A stretch of 63,433 bases of DNA, filler included, from Nemertoderma westbladi (lineage: Eukaryota; Animalia; Xenacoelomorpha): NCBI GenBank assembly GCA_032718475.1. It is 3 parts of 3 records of this genome, joined end to end, with 100 filler letters (N's around TTAATTAATTAA, not from the genome) between each part and the next. Parts side by side here need not be neighbours in the genome. Positions count along the whole stretch, not along the records: positions 26,482 to 55,286 come from JAUCBJ010003421.1; 2 more parts are not named here. The stretch is one strand, 5' to 3'. The notes beneath the pieces are model-generated. The model worked only from the letters and a program-made list of their open reading frames with translations. It had not been told where the DNA came from and searched no databases. Below, one piece after another: positions 38,830 to 52,723 of this stretch (positions are counted from its first letter, which is position 1; every line of letters starts with the position of its first letter). The position numbers were made by a program, and so were the translations under genes.

Positions 38830-40060
38830 TTAACAACATAAACCAATATTGAATATTGAGTTCCGTTTTGGAGTACGCCACTACAGACACTATATTTGCC
38901 ATAACTTTAGAGTGCGTGCATGGATTTTGTTCAAATTACGTGCAAACCTTTTCTACGTCAATGCTCTTTGAACACATTTAATAAAATTTAAGAAATTCCA
39001 CCAAAAATATTTTGTTTAACTTTTTTCGCCGGGAAAAAAAGTAAAATCAATGCAATCCTATGGGTTGCTTTTTTTCCCTAGGGAAAAAAGTGCAACTTTT
39101 TCTCCCGATTTTGGTCTAATTTTGAGCGAAAAAGTAACAATTTAAGAATAAAAATATATAGTGCATTGATAAAAGTAAAATAATAGCATGAAATATACAT
39201 CAACTTTTAGGAATTTTTCAGAACTTTTTATAAGACATAATTTTTAAAAAATTCACGTTATCTCGCTACCTGTATCAACAATCTAACTAATTAATAATCG
39301 AACTTTAAAAAATCTCTAAGTTATATTCATTGAATGTCACTCATTCAGAATCAGAACCTACGATGTATTTTGACTACGTTATAGGCCGCCGAAGCCCGAG
39401 GCGACCCGTTCGATAGCTGCCACCAGAAGGTAGCAGGGGTAGGTACTTATAGACCCCAGGGGATGGAAGACTGAATTTGTGTACCAAATTTCATACCTAT
39501 CTTCAGTAGTGGTCAGCTCACATCTACATTACATTACATAATGTCCTGAAGACCAGGTCACCACTACATAATGTACGCGAAAAATGTAAGCGGCAGAAAT
39601 GACGATTAAATAATTAATTTGTCTATCGCTATTGCACATGAACATTTCATGCGATATATATTTCCTGTGAATGAAATAGTTTTCCAAACGTCACCAAACC
39701 TTTTCTAAAACAAAATATGAGTCATTTGGAGTCATAATAAATAACATTTTTTTTTCAAGTTAAGCCAACACTATCTATACAATCCAATATTGGATATTGA
39801 GTTCCGTCTTGGAGTTCGCCTTGCAGACACTAAAGTTGCAATAACTTTTGAGTGTGTCAATGGATTTTGATCAATTTACGTGCAAACCGTTTCTACTTCG
39901 ATGATCTTTCAACACATGTAATAAAATTTAATAGATTCCACCAAAACTATTTTAACATTTTCTTAATTTACCTTTTCGCTGGAAAAGTTAATACAAATGT
40001 AATATGATTATTTTTAATTGGCTACTTTTTCCTTAGGGAAAAGTTCCCCCTTTTCTCCCG
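38830..40060 (+). repeat. Two diverged direct copies (about 38830-39110 and 39760-40060) of a ~280-bp module, probably DNA transposon interior
   Basis: Shared ccaatattg.atattgagttccgt, ttacgtgcaaacc, ataaaatttaa...attccaccaaaa. Confidence 0.6.
39375..39475 (-). mobile_element. SINE body remnant related to the SINE at 50428-52012
   Basis: ttcgatagctgc.acc.gaaggtag and gaccccaggggatggaagactga match both flanks of the 36-bp array. Confidence 0.55.
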
Positions 40061-41556
40061 TTTACGTGGTTTAAAGATAAAGTAACGTTCGTGGGGCCTT
40101 CGCGCAGCACGAGGCTCAGTTATGAGATACAAACTAAATTTGAGCAATTCTTCTAACACAAAATCGGAATATAAGATAGTTAACCAAACCGTCAATAAAT
40201 CAAAGAAGAGCGGAAAGTCCCTCCCCTTCAACCCCTCTTCATCTGCACCACCCCAACCCAATCAAGGCGCAAGAATTATTAAGACATACCTTATGCCGTG
40301 CCGATAGTATTGATACTGAAATATTAATTTCCTATTTTACCACGCCAACACATCAACGAAATTATTTAGCTAATTATTCTACGAATTCTATATAAAGATC
40401 ACAGTAAATACTCAGCCAATAATTTTGCGAGATAAACAATAAGCAAGTTGTCTTATTAGTCTGGCTCATTACATTGCTGCCTTTGTGTAGAGGTGAGATG
40501 CGACTGGTTCCCAGTTAGGCTGGGCAATACCAAGCATGCAATGGAAAGAGGGAGCTGGAAGTATAGAGTGACCGGGGTATTTTAATAACTAAATTACGTC
40601 TAGATCAATTAAAATCACATTTCTTAAAGCAAATCAGTGGAGATAATTAAAAACTATAATGGAATGGGGATTACAGCTGTATGATTTTTAAGTATAATTA
40701 TTTAAATCTTATACTATAAAATAATTAATTTCCATTAAAACGCAGGTTGAAAATGCTGTTTTTTACTGTAATCAACTTAATTAACTAATTAACTGCTTTT
40801 ATCTTAGCTTCTCGAACGCCACACGCAAATTCAATTGGAAAATTTCATAGAGATTTGGCTGTGGTATTAACGTTTAAAATTGGACACGACAGAACAACAG
40901 ACACACCGATTGAGTTAGTGGTACCCGTATGCTAAGCTCGCTTATTTTCGTGGCTCGCCCCACAATTGAAGAATATAGTTATTTCACTAATTTACCAAAA
41001 TGTGTGATCGTCTTTATTCAATTGTTTCTTTAGTTTTAAACAATTTTTGGCGCGGCAATTCTATTGTTGGACTTTAACTGAACTGCCCTTTATACAAAGT
41101 ATAAATTGATGCTGTTTGAATATAGTGGTAGTGGCTATTAATATTAATGCCGACCGACCAAGATGTGGGTAGGGGTATTGATTAAAATGAATTACCACGT
41201 GTAATATGCGTAAGTAGTTCATAGGTGTTTGTTAAATAATTACATCTGAAACACACGATGAAATAATTTAATCCTCAACATCAACAAATTTAAATTAAAA
41301 TACCAAATTAAGAATATTGAGTTGTTTCGAGTGGCTTTAACGAATTCCACCCGACTACACTGTTGGTAAACCTATTTAACATTCTCCTACTATACATTTA
41401 TACCTACTTAACGAATTTAGCACAATGTGAAGATATTAAAAGTAATAATAATGTCACGGAAAAACAAGCGAATATTAATCAGTAAGAAACACCGGCGGAG
41501 AATAGTTGTTAAAATTAAAATCATTACAATATAAAGGAAAGAACTGCTGATTATGA

Positions 41557-41676
41557 GGCTCGCCCCACACGGTGCAGTTGTTGCATTTATGTTACGCAAC
41601 TCTGTTGAGATAGATAGACAAGCTTATATAACATGTAGATAAAAAGCAAATTGACCAGTAACGTGTGAGGCGGGCC
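41557..41676. mobile_element. Small PIF/Harbinger-like MITE
   Basis: 15-bp imperfect TIR ggctcgccccacacg / cgtgtgaggcgggcc, flanked by tga and taa. Confidence 0.5.
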
Positions 41677-42587
41677 TAACTCTATAATAAAAAGTAATAA
41701 ACCCGAAACCTGTGACAGATTACCTAATAATAGAGGAAAAAACTGTAATAAATAAATAAAGTTGTTTCAGAGAAGCAGCTGGGCTGGGCATTTCTGGGAA
41801 ATATTAGCGATTTCAGTTTCACAAAATTAGCGATTTCAGTTTCACAAAATTCAGACTCAAAATCTCCCATATGAAAATAATTTATTCCAACTCACTGCCT
41901 AAATTCTATTGCACAATATTATGTCTTTCAACATAATTTCTTCACTTATTTAACAACTTGTTCCTGTGCGTTTATAAATGCAAAATTACAATATTTTATA
42001 TTATTGAGTTGAGACATTGTTGACCAACAATTCTTAAAAGAAAATGATAACAAACTACCGGTATAAATGTACGGTATTCGTTAGATTAAAATCAATACTC
42101 AAAGGGAAAAACATAAGCAGCCTTCATACGAAACCCACGGGTGTTGTAAACGCCAGCCCAATGTTGGAGACTGGCGTGGGAATGGTGTACCGAATAACGA
42201 ACACCGGGGAATACTCCACAGGTCTAGAGGAACTGCGAAAACAATCGGAAATACTCGTTAGAAAATTGAGAAATCGATTTTCAATTTGTTAGTTTATCCG
42301 ATGAGACTTTATTATCTGTGTCAGTTTGATTGACTTTGTTTTGTAACTTTTTGCCATTAACACCATGCGAACTAACTAGAACATCTTCCACTTCTCTACA
42401 CATCGTAATTGGGGTTAAATCGTACAAACAACTTTACCTGCAGTAAATAATGCTGAAACGAAACTTAAAAATAAATAAATTACAAGTTTCGCTTCATTTA
42501 GTAATAAACTGTTTTTATTTATAATTCATTTCACATTTTTCTGTGGAAATATAACAAACTATTTCGCTACAACTGAGGGCGTTTATT

Positions 42588-43685
42588 TTATAACTTTAAG
42601 CTGTTGAGAGACGCGTGCAAACTGGAAGTATTCCAGAGTATGAGGAGGCCGTCTGTCCCTACCGAACTGACACGGGTTGCTACGCAGTCGCGCCAAGCAA
42701 CCGCGGCCATCTGATTAACCGAGTTCTGATGTTTCGTACCGACGGCGGTGGAGACATCGGCTGCTCCTAGCCGATCCAACGAGTGGAACATCTGCATCGC
42801 GGAGAGATCCCCCTGGTCCTCCTCGTGGGTACTAACGTCCAGCGAACCGGCGTAGACCACGGCGCTGCCGACCGAGTACAGATACGGACGGCAATCGTGT
42901 CCGGCGGCCACTAACGAACTCTCGGACACCCAGAGCACCGAGAGGAAAGGGAGCACACTGGTGGTCAGCGTGTAAACGGTACCGGCGTCGCTGATACCGA
43001 CTACAGAGCCGTGGGAGGCCCACGCTAGGCGGTTCCCGGAAGGAGAGAATCCTACCGAGTGAACCCAACCGTCGCCGCGTCGCCGTTCTTCGTACATCAA
43101 AGCCGCGAACGGCATCTTGGTGCCCCAAACCGTGGGCTCGGGTCGCCGTTCGATCTCCTTAACGAACGCGGAGAAGATCCTAACGGCGAAGTCAGAGGAG
43201 CCGGCTGCGAGGAGGACGTTGTTCGGATGCCAGTCGATAGAGGAGACAGTCGCTCCGATCGGTTTCTTTATGTGTTTGGCGACCCACCAGTCGTTCTCCT
43301 CCTCGTAGTGGCAGACGCAGATGAGACGCGCCCCTGTTCCCACCGCGAATTTGTTCTCCTTCGGGGACCAGCGCACCGTGGTGGCGGCCCGGTTTATCCG
43401 GAGTAGCACGAGCGTCGGCCGCCATCGGCCGTCCTCCGACGGGGTCCACACGTAGGCGTTGCGGTCCGCCCCACACGTTACGATTCGGTTGGTTGTTCGC
43501 CCCCAGTCGATTCCCATCACCCGACCCGAGTGCTCAGCCAGCACCGCGGAACGCTCCCATTGTTTCCCCGACTTCTGGTAGATTCCAACCTCATTGTTGT
43601 TTAACGATAACGCCAGTTGGCTTTGGTTGTTGTTCCAAGTGTGACAGGTTATTGGATCGTATCCAAATCTATGAATCTCTTCCAT
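42588..43685 (-). CDS. ARPC1: Arp2/3 complex subunit 1 (p41, WD40), intronless
   Basis: [74 protein letters not shown] are diagnostic ARPC1 strings; complete 365-aa ORF. Confidence 0.97.
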   Translation of the reverse strand: MEEIHRFGYDPITCHTWNNNQSQLALSLNNNEVGIYQKSGKQWERSAVLAEHSGRVMGIDWGRTTNRIVTCGADRNAYVWTPSEDGRWRPTLVLLRINRAATTVRWSPKENKFAVGTGARLICVCHYEEENDWWVAKHIKKPIGATVSSIDWHPNNVLLAAGSSDFAVRIFSAFVKEIERRPEPTVWGTKMPFAALMYEERRRGDGWVHSVGFSPSGNRLAWASHGSVVGISDAGTVYTLTTSVLPFLSVLWVSESSLVAAGHDCRPYLYSVGSAVVYAGSLDVSTHEEDQGDLSAMQMFHSLDRLGAADVSTAVGTKHQNSVNQMAAVAWRDCVATRVSSVGTDGLLILWNTSSLHASLNSLKL

Positions 43686-44142
43686 ATTACCAGATTACAG
43701 TTATTATTCTGGTATCTACTGATCTACACAATTACAGTATTAGGCTACCTGATTACCGGTACTGCTGTACTGTATTACTTCTACGTGCCAGATTGCAATT
43801 CTGACTGGGTTTGGTCAAGGATTTGTCTGTCTGTGGAGCGCACCAGCAGCGCGGCGTTACTGCTGTACTGGAGGGTAGGGCTCGATCGGAGCTCCGGCCA
43901 TTTTGGCACCTCCGGCTCCTGCTCCGGCTCCGGTAAAAATATTGCCGGAGTTAATTTTTTAATAAAGTATTATATTTCGTGCTTATTCTAATCTGAACAA
44001 TTATTTACACTATAAGTCAGTAAGTACGGTACTGTAGTACATCTTCAATATCAAGCATAATACTGCAGTAGGCCTATTTACAGATTTACTTAGTCAATGA
44101 CTGGCTGACTGTACTGCAGTACTGGTACTGGCCAGCTGGCTG

Positions 44143-44584
44143 TGTAAAAGCTTTTGCGTCATTAACCGGTTATTTTCCCTTAAAGTCAGAAAGTACTCTG
44201 TAGTTGGTTTGCCAGGCATAAAAAGGCCGTGTCCTTGCTGTACTGGTGTTTTAGAGGACATAAAAGTCATTTCTTCTGTATTTGTACTGTATTTGTACTT
44301 TAGAGGACATAATCCGCAATCTCGTGACGCGATAAGCTAGATACTCTTGAAAACAGTGTCGCTACCATGACGACGGCTAGCAGCTGATATTGCCACGTCG
44401 ACATTTCTTTGTTTCTTTGTTCTCTCGTTGTTCGGTTGACCAATCAGAGCGTTTGTTGTCTCTGTGTTGGAGGTGTATACAGAACTCAGTAGTTCAGTGT
44501 TATGTTTTTGCCCAGAGCCTAAGAACCGGCTTTTGGCACCTCCGTGTTTTCAGTTTTTAGTCTTACATTAGTAGGCTTAATTAT
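44143..44584 (+). mobile_element. Arm of TGTAAAAGCTTTTGCG element, interrupted by the CACTA element
   Basis: Similarity to the reverse complement of 27860-28291 stops at cattagtaggctt.at.at, right before CCCGCACGG. Confidence 0.7.
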
Positions 44585-45237
44585 CCCGCACGGAATTGCC
44601 ATACATGGGAAATACAATGGGTTATATTTGGGTATATATGGCCAAGTATGACCAGTATTTGATATTAACACTGGTATATTACTAAGGTTTTATATGGGTA
44701 ATATTTGACCAGTTATTTTATATGGACAAAGTAAAATATTGGGTAATCTGTAGCCAAACATGACCCAAATATTTTATATGGTAATTTAATAGTATACAGT
44801 GTTTAGTTTCCCTCCCATATATATATTTCATTTAAAATATGTATATACAGTAGGCCTACTGTAATTGGGCCAATAATTGCCAATAACTAAAAATCAATTA
44901 TGTTTATTAACAATTATTATAATTATAGGTACTGTAATTGTACAGTAATAATTAGAATGTGATTGCATGCATAACTCAAATATACAGAGAATTAAAAGTA
45001 AATATTTGGAAAGCGGGAGGGGCACGGCCTTCCCAAACTACAGTACAGTATGTACCTACTACCCTACCTATCTATATCTAAGGACTTTAAAACCTCGGCA
45101 GTTGATATCCTTAAAACCGCAATTTCTTGTCTATGTACAAGGTCAACTTACAATAGGCTAAAAAAATAAATGGGAGGTGGGGGGGGGGGGGGGGGGGGGT
45201 ATGGTGTATTGCGGCCTACTTTATATAAACGAATTTA

Positions 45238-45763
45238 CTGTGGCAGTATTCTGTCATAATTATATCTCTGTTTTTTTCTTGCATAATTTTTGGCCGTCCA
45301 GAAATTAATTTATGGACGTCCAATAATGAGTCATATTACAGTACTATTCTGATTGGTTGATAGTTGAAAGTTTGCGTGTTTAGTATTAATTTTTACTCTC
45401 AACTATGCTGACCTTTTGGTAACTATCAAGGGTCTGTTTTTCACTCATTTTGTTTCACCATTTCTAGGTCATATTGAAAACTATAAAAGCATCAAAGCAA
45501 AGCCACCAAAGCGTTCGATACACTGAGTACATAAATGAGATAAAATAAAAGGGTCTTTGTTGCTATGTGTTGCTTCTAGCCAAAGCAGTACTGCTATTAG
45601 CCATCTACACACCACCCGTGCGTTGGGGGGGGGGGGGGGGGTACATGGCTTTAATTTATCCCCCATCCAGTAGTACCGGTAATGGGTGACTAATTTTGGG
45701 ACGTCCATAAATTATGCAAGATAAAAAAAACAGAGATCTAATTATGGCAGAATTCTGCCACAG
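45238..45763. mobile_element. Tc1/mariner-type MITE
   Basis: About 50-bp TIRs ctgtggcag.attctg.cataatta.atctctgtttttt and TA on both sides. Confidence 0.8.
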
Positions 45764-47577
45764 TACGACTTTGTATCAACTGTATAAAGGTTATAAGACA
45801 GAAATGAGCGCTATAATACTATATTTAAAAAAGTATAAATTTTTCATACAAAGTTACAATTAAATTTCTACGAAATATTGAAATCTAATCTAAACAATCA
45901 ATTGAATTGATATAAAACAATCAATGAATTTAGTTGCGTATGGAGTCCTCCCAACCCAACCCCCCCCCCCCCCCCTCCCTTCGCCCCGCTTCCACCTCTT
46001 TCTAATGTACTAACTGTAACTGAAGGTCTACGGTACTCGGTACTTCGCCATTTATAATATTGGAAATACGAGGCGTTTGTCGGGTTATACTGTAGCTAGG
46101 CCTATAGATTTATCTCACTATCATTTGGTGGGATGCAGCCAATTAATTTACCTTCATACCGCATTGTTATAATACAGTAGGTACCCTTAATATATTAATA
46201 GGTACGAGTTTGTATTTATTGGAGAGGGATAATTGTACTACATTAGATTGTGAAAATCCAAATTTAGTATGGAAGAACAAAGGTTGTCTGATGAGTTCTC
46301 TGACTACACATTGTGTTTCTCCTGCTATATTTAGAATTGATATTATTGAATATATCGACTTTGTATCTGTACTTGTTACGTATGAATTGCAACGATTCAT
46401 GGATTTCTTCCTTTCAATAGAGTCGTAGTGGTAACCATTACATAAATATCGTTGATATATTGATACATCACCAGCTTGAGTGTTGTTTAGTAAATCACGT
46501 TCCAACTGTGTTAAATCCCTATGTATTCTATGTTTGCAACCATAAAAGCCTTTCGCGTGGTCCTTAAATATTAGAAAATGTTCGGATAGACCTTTTTTAA
46601 GTTCATTTATTCCAACGAATAATTTAATTCGTTCTGTCATCTGCAACAGTAGTTGCTGTGAACCATTAAGCATATTCTTTATGTTCTGTAAATATAAAAA
46701 TATAAATTAATGATAGGATATGATATTTGAATATCGGATTTTTTTTATTTGACTTATTGCAGATAAACTCATGGAGAGTGCGACACCGTTACATCTACAT
46801 GCTAAAGCGTACAGTAGATACAGTATATGTTGTTATTTACTCTTCTTTATGAACTTACCTGCGACTTTATGTCCTACAAAAAACGTTACTTTTTTTATTG
46901 CGAAGTACAGTAGCTTACATACGATTCACGACCAATAATTTATGTACTGTATATACGGTACATAACCAAATATAGTACAGTACATTAAAACTTGTGTGCG
47001 TATACCTGCATATTTGACTCAAATGTAAATGTTGAGTAATTCTGTATGGGTCCCCAATAATGAGCAAACTCCGGCAAATGTAACATAAGGTGTACATTGT
47101 AAACACAGTTCTCTATGCCATATAGGTGACGAGTTCCTTCAACAAATGCACACAATAATTTTGTCACATATTTAATTTCTTCTTCAATTAGGCTTTGTGA
47201 CAGTAACTTGTAAATACTCTCAACGAATAATTGCCAATGTTGAAAATATACAACTGGTAAAATACCATCCAAACATGGCAGCCAATAATACAATATCCAA
47301 CTCCTCCATTCATGGGCCTTCCAAAATTTACCTTTCGTCACCGATCGTGTTAAACGTGATATTATTGAAGAAGGATGTATAATTGATAGGCGACTGTCAA
47401 TTTTTTTAACGTTTTCGGGTGTAATATAATATTGTTCTTTATTGTTTTTTGAGTTTGTCCAGATGTCCAGTAAAAATTTTCTACCTGTTCCGAGACAAAC
47501 GCTATGCTGGTACTCTGGGGGAAAACCTTTAGCTAAGTCTAAAGCAGGTTGATCAGACAATACGGAGGCACCCTTAA

Positions 47578-48423
47578 CCCTATTCCACCTGGGGTTGGGC
47601 AGAATCTGCCCAACACTTTTTATTTTTAGAAATTCATCATGATGATTTTTATGTATTATTATGAAATTCATTGACTTTTCCTAGAATTTAATTGGCTTTC
47701 TGATGGTAACAAAATATTTTTTTCATAATTTATACTTTTTGTGCTATGGTGTATTTTTCATATCATAGTCACATTTTTTTATTATAATATCTTTATTAGC
47801 CTAACTGGTAGAAAAGATAATCCCTGGTTGGATAGTTCCCCTGGTCAACAAGCTAGAATACAACCAATTACGGTCCAGGACATTCATGGCTGGGTTGTAA
47901 AGTTAAATTCAAACACGAGATTGTCTACTGCTTGGATTAGTACACATCAATCACATTATTTTTTAATAACAAAATACTAAACTGACAGATAAGCAAGCAA
48001 TAAGTCTACTAGGATAAAACAACAACCACCATTGAAACCAGTATATTCCTAATGTAATACAGCAGACATAAACAGAGGTGAATAAATCGATTCAATAACA
48101 GCACCCCTGCAAGCAAAATTTTCACTTGGGATGTCTGGCAGAGTTAGGCAGACAGTGGTGTTGGGAGGAGTATGTATAGTATTATCTCATCTTTTTACTA
48201 TAATGGGTTATCTTCATGATAATTAATTTATATGGATATATTATTTAAAATTATGAATATATAAAACTCAGAACAGATGCATTATATATTTTTCTATAAA
48301 CCTGCGAAAATTTGGAAAGTTTTGATAAAATTATCATTACTTTTTAGTGTATAATAAACTGTTGGGCATATTATGCCCAACCCCAGGTGGAATCTCGGAC
48401 AAAAGAGCCCAGGTGGAATAGGG
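47578..48423. mobile_element. piggyBac-like MITE inserted in the transposase exon
   Basis: Perfect 16-bp TIR CCCTATTCCACCTGGG with TTAA on both sides; excision restores MRG-IKG-ASVL in frame. Confidence 0.93.
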
Positions 48424-50427
48424 TTAATCCCTCTCATAGGATGCTTAGGTGTAGCAATACTTGCCAGAGCACGTATAACACTATCATTGCGTTTGATTAC
48501 CTTAGAGATATCTGATTGTGGATAGACATGTATATGTCCCCTTCCTTTTGGCACCTGTACACCTTCCTCTTCACAAATTCCACAACCAAATTTTCCATTA
48601 AATTGCACCATATTTTGTACTATGCACCGTGCTACAGTATCATCGGGGGATAGTATTACATAGAAACGAGTTGTTATTTCACCTTTGGAAGGGTGATCCC
48701 ACTCAATACCATTTTTGGCCAGTTGGGAGAGGGACTCTGCTATTGGTCGTACAAATGAATTGAGTGGAGGCTTCTTGTATCCCATCCATACTCCTAAAAT
48801 TCCTATGGATTGATTTCTAATTGGCAATGGCAACTCATTGATTAAAAATTGAATGGGAATAATTTGAAATTCGGAGGATTTGAAATAAGGTGTTCCGTCA
48901 ATATTTATCTGCAATGATAAATCCAAATCTCCTATAGTCCTATTTAGCCGAAGTTTACGGTATTCAGATCCAGACATAATATTTCTTAGTATATTTGTAT
49001 TGTTTTCTACATCCCTGCGATAATTTATAGCTTTATCATATAGATATGCCTTGTTGTTTTCCATGAAGCATCTTAAACTGGTGAATATATCTACTTCAAA
49101 AAACTGCCCATCTAAGACTTGAATGGGTTGAGAACATTGATGACATAATTCAGAGTCTATACCAATACCTAAATATATAAAACATTTTGTACAAAATCTG
49201 TGTATTTTCACAATACAATTGCCACTAACATCAGCTTCTTGTCGAGGAAATTTTAATAGTGTCTCTACACATAAAGGTAGATTATTCGGCTTGGGTAGTA
49301 ACATATTAATAATCTTCAAAATGCTATCTAAACATTTTTTTGATGCATTGTTTGTTATTGACCAAGTACACAGAGCAACAACGGAGTCTAAAACAGTGCA
49401 TGGCGCATCTCTATAAAGAGGTTTTAACATTGTTTGCATTAAATATGACAGCTGAGTTGTTTCTTGTGGGTTTGGTTTACCATGCTCAAAATCGTTTGAT
49501 TCACCAGGACCAGTGCTATCATCCAAAAAACTGCTGAATGAATCATCTGATTTTGTTTCATGTTCATCATCTGAATAATTATTGTATGATGAATTCATAA
49601 TTGGAAAATGACCTACTAAAGAAATGTCTTCTTCGTCTTCAACCAGAGGCGAATCAAGTTGATTCTGGTTGAAATGCCAATCACCAGCAATAATTTCATC
49701 GTTGTCACCCAACAGGAATCCAGATGCATCATCTTGGAAACTGGTTGATTCATTATGAATACTGGTTGATTCTTCATGCAAACTAGTTGTTCCCGTGTAA
49801 TCCTTACGTTTGAGACTCGATCGTGATATCTATGGAAACACAAAAAATGATGTAAATATTGAAATGAGAACCTCCAAACATTTCTTACTTACATTTCACC
49901 TATATTATAGTTGTTTAATGCGTAAATTCATGTAATTTTACCCCCCCCCCCCCCTTCACTCCTGATATATCACACTCTTTATACCCAGTCATAAATATCA
50001 CACTCTCGTGTATTATATGTCATGAGACTTTTCCTGATTTTGTTTCATGTAACTAATTTTGAATTTCATTTAGTTGTTTAATTCAAAAATGTTTAGCAAA
50101 TAAATTGCCAGCAAAAAATAGGGAAGATTATAGGATAATGTAATTTCATTGGTTGTGTACTTTAAATGTTAGCTACTACCAGGCATCTTACCTTCTACAA
50201 TACAAGGAATAGCAGGCCCCTCATTGGTCTATAACTGTATTACCAGGCCCTAGCAGTGGCAGTTATTAGATGCAGGAGTTGGTGTGTCATATAGATTTAG
50301 CTGATAAAATGGCGGTAAGATTACAGCAAGTTTAAAATTCAACAACATTTGCGCCAAATTATATTCATTTAATCAACTGTATATTATTCTGCAGAAATTC
50401 CTACAGCTTTAATTTTAGTGTACCGTG

Positions 50428-52012
50428 GCAAGCAAGCAAACAGTCGCCCGAAGCTAGAAACGCCCCGAAGGTTCCTCTTTCGATAGCTGCTATCCGAGGG
50501 TAGGGGTGGGCGCTGCTCCTATATCTGCTACCCGAAAGTAGGGGTAGACGCTACTCCTATCTGTTACCCGAGGGTAGGAGTGGGCGCTACTCCTATCTGC
50601 TACCCGAAGGTAGGGGGTGGGTGCTACTCCTATCTGCTACCCGAAGGTAGGTGGGCGCTACTCCTATCTGCTACCCGAAGGTAGGGGTGGGCGCCACTCC
50701 TATATCTGCTACCCGAGGGTAGGGGTGGGCGCTACTCCTATCTGCTACCCGAGGGTAGGGGTGGGCGCTACTCCTATCTGTTACCCGAGGGTAGGAGTGG
50801 GCGCTACTCCTATCTGCTACCCGAAGGTAGGGGTGGGCGCTACTCCTATCTGTTACCCGAGGGTAGGAGTGGGCGCTACTCCTATCTGCTACCCGAAGGT
50901 AGGGGGTGGGTGCTACTCCTATCTGCTACCCGAAGGTAGGTGGGCGCTACTCCTATCTGCTACCCGAAGGTAGGGGTGGGCGCCACTCCTATATCTGCTA
51001 CCCGAGGGTAGGGGTGGGCGCTACTCCTATCTGCTACCCGAGGGTAGGGGTGGGCGCTACTCCTATCTGCTACCCGATGGTAGGGGTGGGCGCTACTCCT
51101 ATCTGCTACCCGAAGGTAGGTGGGCGCTACTCCTATCTGCTACCCGAAGGTAGTGGTGGGCGCTACTCCCATCTGCTACCCGAAGGTAGGGGTGGGCGCT
51201 ACTCATATCTGCTACCCAAAGGTAGGGGTGGGCGCTACTCCTTTCTGCTACCCGAAGGTAGGGATGGGCGCTACTCATATCTGCTACCCGAAGGTAGGGG
51301 TGGGCGCTACTCCTTTCTGCTACCCTAAGGTAGGGGCGAGCGCTACTCCTTTCTGCTACCTGAAGGTTGGGGTGGGCGCTACTCCCATCTGCTACCCGAA
51401 GGTAGGGGTGGGCGCTACTCATATCTGCTACCCAAAGGTAGGGGTGGGCGCTACTCCTTTCTGCTACCCGAAGGTAGGGATGGGCGCTACTCATATCTGC
51501 TACCCGAAGGTAGGGGTGGGCGCTACTCCTTTCTGCTACCCTAAGGTAGGGGCGAGCGCTACTCCCATCTGCTACCTGAAGGTAGGGGCGGGCGCTACTC
51601 CTTTCTGCTACCCGAAGGAAGGGGTGGGCGCTACTCCTATCTGCTACCCGACCGAAAGTAGGGGTGGGCGCTACTCATATCTGCTGTCCGAAGGTAGGGG
51701 TGGGCGCTACTCCTATCTGCTACCCGAAAGTAGGGGTGGGCCGCCGTGGGCGCTACTCATATCAGCATATCTGCCACCCGAAGGTAGGGGTGGGCGCTAA
51801 CTCCTATCTGCTACCCGAAGGAAGGGGTGAGCGCTACTCCTATACCAAGTTTTGTTTCCAGTAATTAAACTGTTCTCATTTTCTCGACACGAGGGGATGA
51901 AAGGCTGAGCACTATGCAGGGTGCAGCTATGTGGACCCTGGAGGTGGGAGGGGCTCGAACCTACAACCAATAGATTGTAAGCGCCCAGAGCTCAATAAAC
52001 CGAGCTAGCCCC
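50428..52012 (-). mobile_element. tRNA-derived SINE with internal minisatellite expansion
   Basis: Head with A-box TAGCTCGG and B-box GGTTCGAGCCC (52012-51950), central CTCAGCCTTTCATCCCCTCG..TCGAGAAAATGAG block, (TTGC)n tail near 50428. Confidence 0.75.
50486..51843. repeat. 36-bp GC-rich minisatellite (gtaggggtgggcgctactcctatctgctacccgaag), about 37 copies
   Basis: Directly visible. Confidence 0.96.
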
Positions 52013-52723
52013 ATAGTAAAGTAGCGTAGAAGTACCTACATTATCCATCACAGAGTGTAGGCCTAGAGAAGAACGAGATACACACACTCACATATGATTT
52101 GTTTAATATTAATTAAATTATTTATTACAAGATAAATATGTAAAATTAGGATGATAGAATAATTTACTTACCCCTTGTATGCTTCTTTTCTTTCGTTGTT
52201 GATTATACATATTTTATGTACGATTGTATAGTTACAGTAGGCTTACGCAAAGTGCAAAGAGTTACGGTACCGTACGCAAACTTCTTTAAGCGCCGACGTC
52301 ACAATACTGTAATAGGGCTACCATACCATCTACATCTACCAAAGCTACTGTACAATGTACTAAGATACGATTTATAAATATAGTTCCTAAATATAGAATT
52401 GATATCTTTAGGATGGTGTAATTTTAGGAAAAAATTATTATTATTTAAAATTTATAATAATAAATGACTATTATTCGTTAAAAAAAAGTAAGCGGAACTC
52501 ACCCGCTTTTTTCATTGATTTTAAATTTAGCGAAATTCAATTATTTCTGTCTATAGTGTTTTCCATTACGTTTTTATATCGAATATATTTATTGTTTTAT
52601 TTGAAAAAAATATAGAGTAGTACCATGTGCCTTATTGACACTACTTGTAACGGTAAAAAATCACGCTGATGCTGCTCTGAGTTTTAGTTTGAATCTTATG
52701 ACTGAATGACAAATCTGGAAATA

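Larger units (their letters stand above)
46167..52210 (-). pseudogene. Spliced CACTA (Tnp2/Transposase_21-like) transposase, disrupted by a MITE
   Basis: INIDGTPYFKSS, INELP, DTVAR..FNGKFGCGIC, YQHSVCLG, WKAHEWR, NVHLMLHL, FTFES. Exons: 52210-52172 (tentative), 49829-47006 (minus MITE), 46686-46167; GT-AG junctions in phase 0. Confidence 0.88.

Noticed and set aside
28292-44142. Large composite transposon capturing ARPC1 between inverted TGT arms
   Set aside because: The termini at 28291 and 44143 face this interval from outside, so it is flank, not cargo; no TSD.
47578-48423. Intron between the two transposase ORFs
   Set aside because: Boundaries are TTAA plus TIRs rather than GT-AG.
50617-51864. 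GATPICYP repeat proteins
   Set aside because: Translation of the 36-bp minisatellite inside a SINE.
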